Source: a virus
Taxonomy: Duplodnaviria > Caudoviricetes
Length of the DNA: 64,000 bases
Virus record (IMG/VR): IMGVR_UViG_3300017992_000452
Location: 1,400-65,399 of that record
Reading direction: 5' to 3' (one strand)
In this document: positions 9,703 through 18,668 of the stretch, piece after piece
Position numbering within the stretch: the first letter of the stretch is position 1
Layout of the letters: each line of letters opens with the position of its first letter
The notes under the pieces: model-generated
What the model saw: only the letters and a program-made list of their open reading frames with translations
What the model was told of the DNA's origin: nothing
Database searches by the model: none
Translations under genes and position numbers: made by a program

Positions 9703-9751
9703 CTAATTATACTTAACAGAGACAGAAAAGTCATTCATTTAATTAATCGGG

Positions 9752-10999
9752 GTGGTTCAATTGGATAAAGTCAGACATTTTCTTTTTGATAAAATTTCTG
9801 ATAGAGATGATTTAAACGACACTGTCATTGCTTCCCATTTAAAACTTTCCACAAAACAAGTAGGCAACTTGCGATCCGGCAAAAGAAAATTAACCCTTAG
9901 AAGTATCCTCGTTCTTTCTCAATTAGTTGTTCCTGGAAATTATCGCGATTTTATGAGAGACGTATGTCCAGAATTAGTTGATAGTTCTGATTGTATCAGA
10001 AAAACGTTCGAATATGCTGCGATTACCAGAGATAAAAAATTACTTGACCAACACCTTGAAAATCATCAGCACGAGAAAAGGAATATAATCGAGAAATACG
10101 TTAAAGTTTACACTTTCATTAGTAACTATCTGCACGGAAAAATTCCATTCCACCTAATTGAAGATGAACTATCCAAACTAACAAATCTAAATGACCCGAT
10201 ACTAAAAATACTAGTTGATATTTATTCCTGCATTGCATTGCTACAAAAAAGGCAATTTTCTTATGTTATAGATAAGGCGACAGAGTTAGAGCTCCAAATC
10301 AAGAAATTGAACGACAAGTCACATCTTTTTCTTAAGGAGTGTTATTCTTATCGGATATCTGAAGTGTTAGCGTATGCGCATCTTTTTCTGAATAATCTAA
10401 AACAAGCAAGACACTACGCTAATATTATGTATAACGCTAATATAAACGAGAGGATTAATTCTGATGCTCTCTATATAATAGGCATGACGCACCTAGCCTC
10501 TGACGAAGAGGCGTGTCTAAATTATTTAAAGCGAAGTATTGAAGTTGCGAAAAGAACCAAGGAAGACCGATTGGTGGGATATGCGACGTATAACTACAAC
10601 TTCGCAAGAATTCTTTTGGATAGAGACGTCGAAAATGACGCGCCAGAAGTCTTAAGGGTTATGCAAGAGTATAAGGAAGGTCGTATTTCTTTTGAAAAAG
10701 CAGATAAAGAAGTTCGTGATACAAACGATCCTGATCTGGTAGGATATTTTGAAGCGATTTCTGGAGGAAAAGAAAATCTTTATAAAAAGTTTTGTGATTT
10801 CGTGTCCAACTCTAACCTTTTCTACGCAACTATTATTGTAAGGGAGTTAGCGAAGTCAGGAGAGCAGACTGATTTCGTTGATTCTCTAACAAAGAATCTT
10901 AAATTCACAAGAGAAGAAAAAGGAGAGGTTGTTTTTGAAGAAGACTTTATTAGCTGTTTTAACGTTGGCATGCGTATTGGTATTGGGAGTTGCGGTTAG
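9752..10999 (+). CDS. aimR: AimR-family arbitrium peptide receptor (HTH + TPR)
   Basis: N-terminal HTH, FEYAA motif, helical TPR-like body, C-terminus overlapping a signal-peptide ORF. Confidence 0.85.
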   Translation: MVQLDKVRHFLFDKISDRDDLNDTVIASHLKLSTKQVGNLRSGKRKLTLRSILVLSQLVVPGNYRDFMRDVCPELVDSSDCIRKTFEYAAITRDKKLLDQHLENHQHEKRNIIEKYVKVYTFISNYLHGKIPFHLIEDELSKLTNLNDPILKILVDIYSCIALLQKRQFSYVIDKATELELQIKKLNDKSHLFLKECYSYRISEVLAYAHLFLNNLKQARHYANIMYNANINERINSDALYIIGMTHLASDEEACLNYLKRSIEVAKRTKEDRLVGYATYNYNFARILLDRDVENDAPEVLRVMQEYKEGRISFEKADKEVRDTNDPDLVGYFEAISGGKENLYKKFCDFVSNSNLFYATIIVRELAKSGEQTDFVDSLTKNLKFTREEKGEVVFEEDFISCFNVGMRIGIGSCG

Positions 11000-11054
11000 T
11001 TCTGTGAGTTCCGAACAATCAAAGGAAGTTGCAATTAACGCGATCGGAGGATGA
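10935..11054 (+). CDS. aimP: Arbitrium pro-peptide AimP, 39 aa; predicted mature INAIGG (not in ORF track)
   Basis: AGGAGAGG RBS, TTG start, MKKTLLAVLTLACVLVLGVAVSSVSSEQSKEVA-INAIGG. Confidence 0.85.
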   Translation: MKKTLLAVLTLACVLVLGVAVSSVSSEQSKEVAINAIGG

Positions 11055-11060
11055 TTTATG

Positions 11061-11088
11061 AAGGCTCGCCAAATGTGGCGAGCTTTTT
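11061..11088 (+). terminator. Intrinsic terminator after aimP
   Basis: AAGGCTCGCC-AAATGT-GGCGAGCTT followed by T-tract. Confidence 0.8.
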
Positions 11089-11266
11089 ACATGTTTACGT
11101 ATATGAACAAAAATGCTGTTTTACAACCTTGTTCCTTTTTTGAAAATTCAGAGGAAAAACATGCTAATATACGACTATAGAAAGAAAAAAAATAAAAAAA
11201 AATTAAAAAGTAAGTGTCCGATCCAAGAAGTTTATGCGCAACTTATATTGAGAGGGGAGATAAGAG

Positions 11267-11902
11267 TTGAAAGAAAATAAAAACTTAATAATGCTGGTGG
11301 TTGAATACCAAGAGACTAGAAACCCGCTGATATTCAATGAAATTTTTCAGCATTACCAATCTATCGTCGAGAAGATCGCTGCTGATTTTTCGAAGGCACG
11401 CTCAATCATCAGAGACGACATCATTAGTGCTCTAAACGAAAGGCTCTGGCAATGTATCGAAACTTTTAACGTGACCACCGCAAACAATTTAGACTCTGTA
11501 ATCACATTTCATCTAAAGAGGAAAGCAGTTGACGTGATTAGAGGAAAACAAGGTACTTACGTAGAAAAGCGGGTACCGGTCGATACTACTGCGGAGGAGA
11601 ATGCGGCAACATTCGAAACCTCTGAGCATTTCGACCTTGAAGAGTACGTGATTTCCCGTACTTGCGGAGAAATAAAAACGGACCAAGATAAGCGGCAACT
11701 TATCGAGGCCCTAACAAAAAATTCCGACTCACTAACGACGGCAATCGTTAATGAGCATCTTGCAAGCGAACGACCTACTTACGCATCGATTGGAAAGAGA
11801 GTAGGCGTCCATTACAAAAAAGTCGAACGTGTAATCAAAGGCTTAGCGAAAAATTACGACGCATCGAAACACGGCGAACTTAACGCTTTTCTATCTGTAT
11901 AA
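11267..11902 (+). CDS. Sigma-70-like phage transcription factor
   Basis: Region-2-like FNEIFQHY..DDIISALNERLWQCIETFN; C-terminal HTH TYASIGKRVGVHYKKV. Confidence 0.7.
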   Translation: MKENKNLIMLVVEYQETRNPLIFNEIFQHYQSIVEKIAADFSKARSIIRDDIISALNERLWQCIETFNVTTANNLDSVITFHLKRKAVDVIRGKQGTYVEKRVPVDTTAEENAATFETSEHFDLEEYVISRTCGEIKTDQDKRQLIEALTKNSDSLTTAIVNEHLASERPTYASIGKRVGVHYKKVERVIKGLAKNYDASKHGELNAFLSV

Positions 11903-11946
11903 CACGTTTTAAACGTAACTAGCCCGGAAGGCATTGTTACATCCTC

Positions 11947-11975
11947 ATCATATCTAATCTGTTGGCAAAAGACAA
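11947..11975 (-). promoter_or_regulatory. SigA-like promoter firing antisense into the sigma-like gene
   Basis: Minus strand TTGTCT-17bp-TATGAT, inside the loop of an inverted repeat. Confidence 0.45.
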
Positions 11976-12193
11976 GCGAACAGTATACGAACACACCTTC
12001 CGGTCTAGTGCGTTTTACCTAAATAATATGGAGGCGAACGTACTATGAATATCCCCAAAAATTCCGATTCCAATACGTATCCTGCGCTAGATCCGCGCAA
12101 ATTAACCGAAATTTTATATCAAGGCGCATGGCCTGTCGACGAAGATCCGGCGGACTACTACCGACCACAATCGATAAAGGCGGTGCGCGTCGG

Positions 12194-12718
12194 ATGAAAG
12201 CAACGTTATCCCACCACGCGAAGATTAATATTAAGAAACGCTTTAATATCGGCAAACAAACGCCGGAAGCATGGGCGTCACAGATGTTATCTAAAGCGAT
12301 TTACTGCGGCATCGGTCCGGACGACAACGGAGAAGATGCGCGTATATATTCTTATCGTAGAGCAACGTTCATGCTTGCGGTAGATGCAGACGTTGTTAAA
12401 ACCGTAATCCCACCGAATAAAAGCAGTATCAATCGTTTTCGCCGCAAAGTAACGAAATTCATAACGGAAGAATTTGCAAAGATGTCAGAACAAATTACGC
12501 AAGAGGTGGTCCGAATCGATAAATTCCGCGAGGAACTCGAAGAAGAAATCGCACACTTAGAAGACCGCCTTTCTCGTGCCCGGTCATTATCGACTAAATT
12601 GGCGCTACAAGCACGAATTAATGCGGTGCGTATGCGCATCGATGAGCTACCGGAAGAGTCCCACGAATTAAGACGCGAACTGACGCGTACAGCGAGAGGA
12701 GTCGCCGCCTATGTCTAA
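12194..12718 (+). CDS. Hypothetical protein with C-terminal coiled coil
   Basis: Probable start MKATLSH. Confidence 0.7.
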   Translation: MKATLSHHAKINIKKRFNIGKQTPEAWASQMLSKAIYCGIGPDDNGEDARIYSYRRATFMLAVDADVVKTVIPPNKSSINRFRRKVTKFITEEFAKMSEQITQEVVRIDKFREELEEEIAHLEDRLSRARSLSTKLALQARINAVRMRIDELPEESHELRRELTRTARGVAAYV

Positions 12719-12806
12719 CGCATGGATATTCGAAATATTTGCGGTGATTGCTTTGCTTTGTGTATGCGGACTTATTTACGAAGTTAATCGCGAAGAAGGC
12801 GAATGA
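12711..12806 (+). CDS. 31-aa single-TM peptide (not in ORF track)
   Basis: GAGGAG RBS; MSNAWIFEIFAVIALLCVCGLIYEVNREEGE. Confidence 0.55.
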   Translation: MSNAWIFEIFAVIALLCVCGLIYEVNREEGE

Positions 12807-12950
12807 GGGCGGCGGACATTGCGGCCCGGCGCTCGGAGAATGTCGGGGTGGCCGTTAAGTAACAGAGTCGCGTCGCTACTGCTTTGCGCTGGCGGCGTTT
12901 CGGACGCAGGTACCGGCATTTTGCGAGGGCGAAAAGCCTCAAAATTAAAA
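12807..12950 (+). ncRNA. GC-rich structured leader upstream of SSB
   Basis: Several hairpins with G-U pairs and a UUCG-type loop. Confidence 0.45.
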
Positions 12951-12966
12951 CGTAGGGGGAAATCGA

Positions 12967-13722
12967 ATGAGCATTAGAGACATTTTGAAGAAGCGTGAAG
13001 AAGAGCGTGATAAGGCGGCTAACGGCGAAAGCGAATTCCCGGAAGGCGTTACACGTTATGTCCGCGTTGGAAGTCGTGGAGAGATTAATAAAGAAGGGCG
13101 AACATTGGTTATTCTTGCGAAGCCAGACGATTGGTACGTATATTTCGTTCACGAAAACAAGGAATACATCGGTAAAGCGTACGATCATAAATTCCAAAAA
13201 CATACGTGCTTACATTCACCGAAAAATACAGTTAGTACGGATGAATTGCAGAAGTATTTCAGCGGAGGGAAAGACGAGTGCATTTCTTGCAAAGCGGGAG
13301 CAAAACGAAAAATGTTCTTTATGATTCCGGTATACGATCCGGAGTACAAGACTTACCGCGTTATTGATATCGCAGAATTCCATGCGAATAGTTTAATCGA
13401 TGATTATGATAAAGCGGAGAAGCCGGTCAAGAAAATCCAGGAGGATTATACGCTCGTAGGTCAAGCGGTTCACTTTAAACAGGCCGATAAAACTTACTCG
13501 TTGGAATCTGGCGATCTGCCTAACGATGTTCTCGAAGAAGCAAAAGCGTTTATCGGCATCGATTACAAATATGAAGAACTCGCAAACTTCCGAGACGAAG
13601 AGGATATCGTTAAGATTCTTCACGACGCAAAAGACGGTGTTAAGAAGTCGGTCCTTCCGCCATTAGCGGAATCAGCTAACGAAAAATCTAACGAAATCAG
13701 TGACGATGATCTGCCGTTTTAA
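12967..13722 (+). CDS. Single-stranded DNA-binding protein, T4 gp32-like
   Basis: HTC...CISC possible Zn ligands; acidic DDDLPF tail. Confidence 0.75.
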   Translation: MSIRDILKKREEERDKAANGESEFPEGVTRYVRVGSRGEINKEGRTLVILAKPDDWYVYFVHENKEYIGKAYDHKFQKHTCLHSPKNTVSTDELQKYFSGGKDECISCKAGAKRKMFFMIPVYDPEYKTYRVIDIAEFHANSLIDDYDKAEKPVKKIQEDYTLVGQAVHFKQADKTYSLESGDLPNDVLEEAKAFIGIDYKYEELANFRDEEDIVKILHDAKDGVKKSVLPPLAESANEKSNEISDDDLPF

Positions 13723-13744
13723 TAAAACGAAGGAGGACGATTGA

Positions 13745-14176
13745 ATGGCGCATCTCAAGGAAACTATCGGCAAATATTCCGAACTGATCGCCCGCGCGGC
13801 TTTAATGGCTAGCGGGTGGCAGGCGGTATCAACAGCGGACACAGAAGAGCCGTTCGATATCAGCGCAAAAGATCCGGGAACTGGCGAATGGAAAACGTTC
13901 CAGGTCAAGACGATTCGGGATCGGACGGAAAAGCGTGGATACTTAACGGTAAACGGGCGCAAAGGAGACGGTCAGCCTTATACGGCGGAAGATACCGACT
14001 TCTTTATCGGCGTACTAATCGGTGAGGGAAAATTCCCTCGCGTCTGGATGTTCGACAATCGCGGCATCACTGACTATTGGGGGCCGTCAGAACGGGAAGG
14101 CAAGCGTTGGATCGAAATGGATCTGAATTTTATGCGGGAAGATTTTGCGGAAAATAACGAAGCGGAGGCGGTATGA
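13745..14176 (+). CDS. PD-(D/E)XK-type endonuclease
   Basis: GKYSELIA, PFDI, TFQVKT. Confidence 0.65.
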   Translation: MAHLKETIGKYSELIARAALMASGWQAVSTADTEEPFDISAKDPGTGEWKTFQVKTIRDRTEKRGYLTVNGRKGDGQPYTAEDTDFFIGVLIGEGKFPRVWMFDNRGITDYWGPSEREGKRWIEMDLNFMREDFAENNEAEAV

Positions 14177-15468
14177 TGGCGAAATTACACGGCGTTAAGA
14201 CTCTCGATATGGTGAACGGTGAAATTACGAAGGTTGCGTATGGTGGGGCGGAGTATGAGCGTGTGGAAGGAGCTCCGAGAATTTTCGGAAGAGCCGGAGA
14301 TCTATTGCTGAACGGTTACGATCACTCGGATCTGGAAGTAAACGCGTTTTATAAGATCGTTAATAAGAGTGGGTACGGGAAGACCATCTATGATGAAGTA
14401 GAGGATTCGCATGGTAGTGCGCTTATTGCGGGTTCTGTATTCCGCAAAGTCTCCGCATCTCAGCCGTCATTAGAAGATCGCGTCAACACAAACGAAAAGG
14501 ATATCGAGTCGCTAAAATCCGACGTCGCTGCGCTAAAAGGCGAAGCCAAGACGGAGTACGTACGAATTAACAAGAGCGAGGCGAAGGCGGGCGATTTCGT
14601 TAAGTTTGACGAAGCTCCATTCGAATATCTAACCGCAGGGAAGTTTTACGGAATTTATCGCGTGGATGATTGCGGAGATCCGATCATCTACGATGACGAA
14701 GGGGACGATTTTGATACCCACGGCGAAGTATTCGAAGTCTACCGTAAAGTCAGCGCCGTCGAACCGAAGCCTGAACGCCTGGAAGTCGGTGATTATGCGA
14801 AGGTGGTTAACGCTACTCAGAGTTGTATGGCTGGTTTTAGTAATGGAGACATCGTGGAAATTATCGAAAATAGTTACGGAGAAGATGACTGTGATTTTCG
14901 TATTAAGTCTGTCGCAGGAATTAAATACGGGTACACAAAGAAGACACCGAACTATATCGTCCGCGCCACTGACGAAGAAGTTGCCGAAGCAAAAGACGCG
15001 GAAGCTCGCGCAAAGTTTAAGAAAGGCGCTAAAGTTCGGCTGAAATCGGGCGGCGGCGTATATCCGTTATTAGGTTTCGAAAACGGAAAAGTCTATTCCG
15101 TATGTGATAACGAGGTTCGTCGCGCCGATGGAAAGAGTATCGAAATTACGCAGGTCGGGGCGCCTGGATACGCAACGCCTGATCAGCTCGAACTCCTACC
15201 GGAAGAAGAGGCCGCAGAGATCGAAAAATGGGCCGCAATCGGACGGGAGGTTAGCGAGTATAAGCGGGGCGATATCGTTGCGTATGATGATCCGGTTTGG
15301 TTCGATAATAGCGGAATTGGAGAAATTACCGGTTTCGAAGATGATGGAAATCCGGAAGTTGAGGCAATCGATCACGGGGGTCATAAAATATCGTATTTCC
15401 TAAAACCTGAGCGCCTGAACCTCGTAACTCCAGTCGAAGCGCGTTTCGATCGAAAGGGCGACGAGTAA
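14173..15468 (+). CDS. Modular protein with tandem SH3/KOW-like repeats
   Basis: AKAGDFV, LEVGDYA, FKKGAKV, YKRGDIV modules. Confidence 0.65.
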   Translation: MMAKLHGVKTLDMVNGEITKVAYGGAEYERVEGAPRIFGRAGDLLLNGYDHSDLEVNAFYKIVNKSGYGKTIYDEVEDSHGSALIAGSVFRKVSASQPSLEDRVNTNEKDIESLKSDVAALKGEAKTEYVRINKSEAKAGDFVKFDEAPFEYLTAGKFYGIYRVDDCGDPIIYDDEGDDFDTHGEVFEVYRKVSAVEPKPERLEVGDYAKVVNATQSCMAGFSNGDIVEIIENSYGEDDCDFRIKSVAGIKYGYTKKTPNYIVRATDEEVAEAKDAEARAKFKKGAKVRLKSGGGVYPLLGFENGKVYSVCDNEVRRADGKSIEITQVGAPGYATPDQLELLPEEEAAEIEKWAAIGREVSEYKRGDIVAYDDPVWFDNSGIGEITGFEDDGNPEVEAIDHGGHKISYFLKPERLNLVTPVEARFDRKGDE

Positions 15469-15648
15469 GTGGACGCAAAGCCTGCCGCCATCTGCGCCGC
15501 ATGTAACCGGGCAATCAACGAAGGGCAGTCCGTAACATACGACTTGCTCTTCGACCGGTACTTTTGTGACAACGCTTGCTGGTCGGATTGGTATGCGGAT
15601 AATGAGGCTGAATACAAGCGAATGTATGTAAGCCGCGAAGATTTATGA
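15469..15648 (+). CDS. 59-aa zinc-finger protein, TRASH-like (not in ORF track)
   Basis: CAAC...FCDNAC. Confidence 0.65.
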   Translation: MDAKPAAICAACNRAINEGQSVTYDLLFDRYFCDNACWSDWYADNEAEYKRMYVSREDL

Positions 15649-15667
15649 CGTCGTAAGCGGAAGGAGG

Positions 15668-18505
15668 ATGCGAATGGAACTCGGAAATCTGCGGTTGAAT
15701 CTGAGCGCTTTGACGCCTAAAAATGACGAAGTTAAAAACGAAAAAGTTGCCGAAACAGCCAAGCGGAAGCAAAGTGCAAAGCGAGAGGAGACGTTAGAGG
15801 AAGCGTTCGATCGTCTCGCCAGGACGTGCAAATTTAACGATAAGGAAAAGCGGGAATTTAACGCAGCTCTCCGGTCGTTTAAGGACGGAAACTTAGTCCG
15901 CACCAAGACCGGCAAGTTTACGAAAACTGAAGCGTGTGGACTTGGCCGTCAGATACTCGCGAAGGAAAACGAAGCCAAGCGGCACGAACGCATTCAGGAG
16001 ACGCTTAAGACAAAGCCGGATAACTACTTCGTCATCACCAAAGACGAAGACCTGGCGCCTATGATCGAACGATTGCGTCAGGAAGTCCAAGCGCAGCAGC
16101 TCGATTCGTGGTTTCGGAAAGTGTTCGATCTATTTAACAATACGCACATCCGACGGAAGTTAGCCGAGCGTGGAATCGAAATTCCTCTCGCGATATCGTT
16201 CACCGAATGGGATACGGAGACTTCCGGGACAGATACACGCATCGATATGTCAGGCGGATATTCGTTTTGGCTACCGTGTCTTAACGAAGGTTATTACGTT
16301 GCTTACGGACACTTGACTGACGACGAACAATGTTCGCGGTCTGCTGCGTTGGATATCTGTCGAGCTTTCATCGAAGACGCGCGTCATATCAAAGCGTTCC
16401 ATAATACGCCCTTCGACTACTCGATGTTTCTGAATGACGGGATGGAGCCGAAGGGGTTCCGATATGACTCGTTAGATGCCGCGCAGCTTATGAACGAGCA
16501 TGAGCCTTCGATGGGCTTGAAAGAACTCGTCACGAAATACAAAAAGTACATTGGTGCGGATCATCTAGACGATTTCACATTCGAGGACCTTTTCGGGAAA
16601 GGCTCTCCGATGGTGTACTCGCCTGAGATCGTCGGCATATACGCGATAAAGGACGTTGAGAAAGGTTGGCTTCTTACGCGCTGGCAGATCGATATGATGC
16701 TGAAGATCGATGACTTGTATTATCCGTACTTTGAGATCCGGCAGTATCTATACGAAGTCAATACGACGATCGAGCGAACCGGATTCGTTATTGATGACGA
16801 AGAGCTCTTACGGTTAAAAGCCGAGTATGAGCCGCAGCTACAAAAAGCGATCGACGACATTCACGAAGCATACGGTATCGACGACGACTTCCTCTATAAA
16901 ATGTCGATGCACTTAAAGGGCGACAAGATCAAAGCGTGGCAAGATAGCCGCGAGAAACAGATCGCAAAACAGCAGGATATGCTTGCGAAGTGTGAGGCGG
17001 AGATCAAGCGAGCGAACCCAGCAACGAAGAAATATGCGCAATTAAAAGAGCGTATCCGAAAGTACAAGACGGAGCCTCTTGCGCCAGCTATTCCGCAGAA
17101 CGCGCCGGACTACATTCACGAATTCAATCTCGATTCGGATCAACACCTTCAGTATTTAATTTATGACGTAATCGGGATCGAGGACAAAACGAAGATTATC
17201 GATAAGAAGAAAACGCGGGCTGTCAGTAAGGACGTCTTGGCGCTCTACTTCAAGGAAGACGCGCGGCTCAAACCGTTAGCAACATTTTCGGAGTTGACGA
17301 CGTTATTAGGAACGTTCATCAACCGGATTCCTTACGTGAAAGACGTCGACGGACGACTCCATACGCAACTGCAAACCGTATCGACTGGGCGCTACAGTTC
17401 GAAGGGATATACCGGAAAGGGCAACGACTTATATCGCGTAAACATCAACGACGACAACTTCCTCGATCACATGCACGTTTTAGTCGAAGCGCCGAAGAAG
17501 ACGGAAAAAGGGCGGAACATCCAGAACATCCCGTCGCGTACAGAGAAGGGGCAGCGGGTGCGGATGGCGTTCAAGCCGCCGGAAGGATTTACGTTCTTAG
17601 GATCCGACTTATCATCGATAGAGCCGAGGATTCAGGCGCATAGGATGGCGACGGAGTTTAACGACGAAATATTCGCGGATATGTATCGGAGAGGACTTGA
17701 TCCGTACGTTGAGTTTGCCGCAATCCTGTTCGATGTTCCGAAGGAGATATGTACGGAATCGTACTATAAATCCGTCAAAGGAACGCCGGATGCAGTACCG
17801 GCTTACCGAAAAGCAATGAAGCAGATGTTTCTCGCGATCGGATACGGTCAGGCATTCGATATGTTCTATAAAGGCGTTATACCTTTCGGAATTGACGAAG
17901 AGCAGGCGAAAGTCGCGTACGGAAAGTTTGACGAGATATTGCCGGGATTCAAAGGGATGGTCGAGGCCACATTCGCTCACCTACGCAAGCACGGATGGAC
18001 TGCGACGATCTTCAAACAGAAGCGCCGTTTTCCGGGTTACGTCGAGAAATATAAACGGCTATGCCAGCTTATGCGCAAGTGTGGCATCAAAGACAAAAAC
18101 GATCCGGAACTCGGCAAGAAAACGAATAAATTACGTTGGGAAGAACGCTCTGAATTTTGGGATCTGATGCGATTTACTGGCGGTTGTGAGCGCGCTGCGT
18201 TTAACCATACGATTCAAGGGTCGGGCGCGAATATTCTTCAGATGTGTATGATCCGGGCATATTACGAATGTGTGCTTGAGCGCGGCTGGGAGTTTCCGCT
18301 GACTCTACACGACGAATTGAAGTTCGCTACACCAAACGATCAATTAACGAAAGAAGCGACGGATTTATTAGACGATATTATGACGAATACATTCACGCTA
18401 GTTCTTCCGTTAGCTTGCGACACAGTAATCGAGCCGTGTTGGATGGAGGAATATAGCCCGAACGATTGGGATTTTGAGAGCGGAAAACCTAAGGAGGCGG
18501 TTTAA
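15668..18505 (+). CDS. Family A DNA polymerase with 3'-5' exonuclease domain
   Basis: Exo DTETSG, HNTPFD, YAIKD; pol TGRYSS, NIQNIP, DLSSIEPR, LAIGYG, IQGSGA, LHDE. Confidence 0.93.
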   Translation: MRMELGNLRLNLSALTPKNDEVKNEKVAETAKRKQSAKREETLEEAFDRLARTCKFNDKEKREFNAALRSFKDGNLVRTKTGKFTKTEACGLGRQILAKENEAKRHERIQETLKTKPDNYFVITKDEDLAPMIERLRQEVQAQQLDSWFRKVFDLFNNTHIRRKLAERGIEIPLAISFTEWDTETSGTDTRIDMSGGYSFWLPCLNEGYYVAYGHLTDDEQCSRSAALDICRAFIEDARHIKAFHNTPFDYSMFLNDGMEPKGFRYDSLDAAQLMNEHEPSMGLKELVTKYKKYIGADHLDDFTFEDLFGKGSPMVYSPEIVGIYAIKDVEKGWLLTRWQIDMMLKIDDLYYPYFEIRQYLYEVNTTIERTGFVIDDEELLRLKAEYEPQLQKAIDDIHEAYGIDDDFLYKMSMHLKGDKIKAWQDSREKQIAKQQDMLAKCEAEIKRANPATKKYAQLKERIRKYKTEPLAPAIPQNAPDYIHEFNLDSDQHLQYLIYDVIGIEDKTKIIDKKKTRAVSKDVLALYFKEDARLKPLATFSELTTLLGTFINRIPYVKDVDGRLHTQLQTVSTGRYSSKGYTGKGNDLYRVNINDDNFLDHMHVLVEAPKKTEKGRNIQNIPSRTEKGQRVRMAFKPPEGFTFLGSDLSSIEPRIQAHRMATEFNDEIFADMYRRGLDPYVEFAAILFDVPKEICTESYYKSVKGTPDAVPAYRKAMKQMFLAIGYGQAFDMFYKGVIPFGIDEEQAKVAYGKFDEILPGFKGMVEATFAHLRKHGWTATIFKQKRRFPGYVEKYKRLCQLMRKCGIKDKNDPELGKKTNKLRWEERSEFWDLMRFTGGCERAAFNHTIQGSGANILQMCMIRAYYECVLERGWEFPLTLHDELKFATPNDQLTKEATDLLDDIMTNTFTLVLPLACDTVIEPCWMEEYSPNDWDFESGKPKEAV

Positions 18506-18506
18506 T

Positions 18507-18668
18507 GTGGCGAAAATCCTCGTAGATGAGCAGACGATTAAAGAAGCGCTTTATGTAATCGAAAGTTTGTTAGAGGCGCTCGGAATCGATATAAACGAAG
18601 ATCCAGTTTACGAGGGTATCTACAACGATTTACAAAAGGCGCTTAGCGATTCGAAGGGAGACGATTAA
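18507..18668 (+). CDS. Small hypothetical protein
   Basis: AGGAGG RBS, GTG start. Confidence 0.55.
   Translation: MAKILVDEQTIKEALYVIESLLEALGIDINEDPVYEGIYNDLQKALSDSKGDD

Noticed and set aside
11977-11994. LexA box
   Set aside because: CGAACAGTATACGAAC is a direct repeat lacking the GAAC-N4-GTTC dyad
12807-12950. Known small self-cleaving ribozyme or tRNA
   Set aside because: No hammerhead, twister or pistol core and no cloverleaf recognisable by eye; no tRNA seen elsewhere in the window
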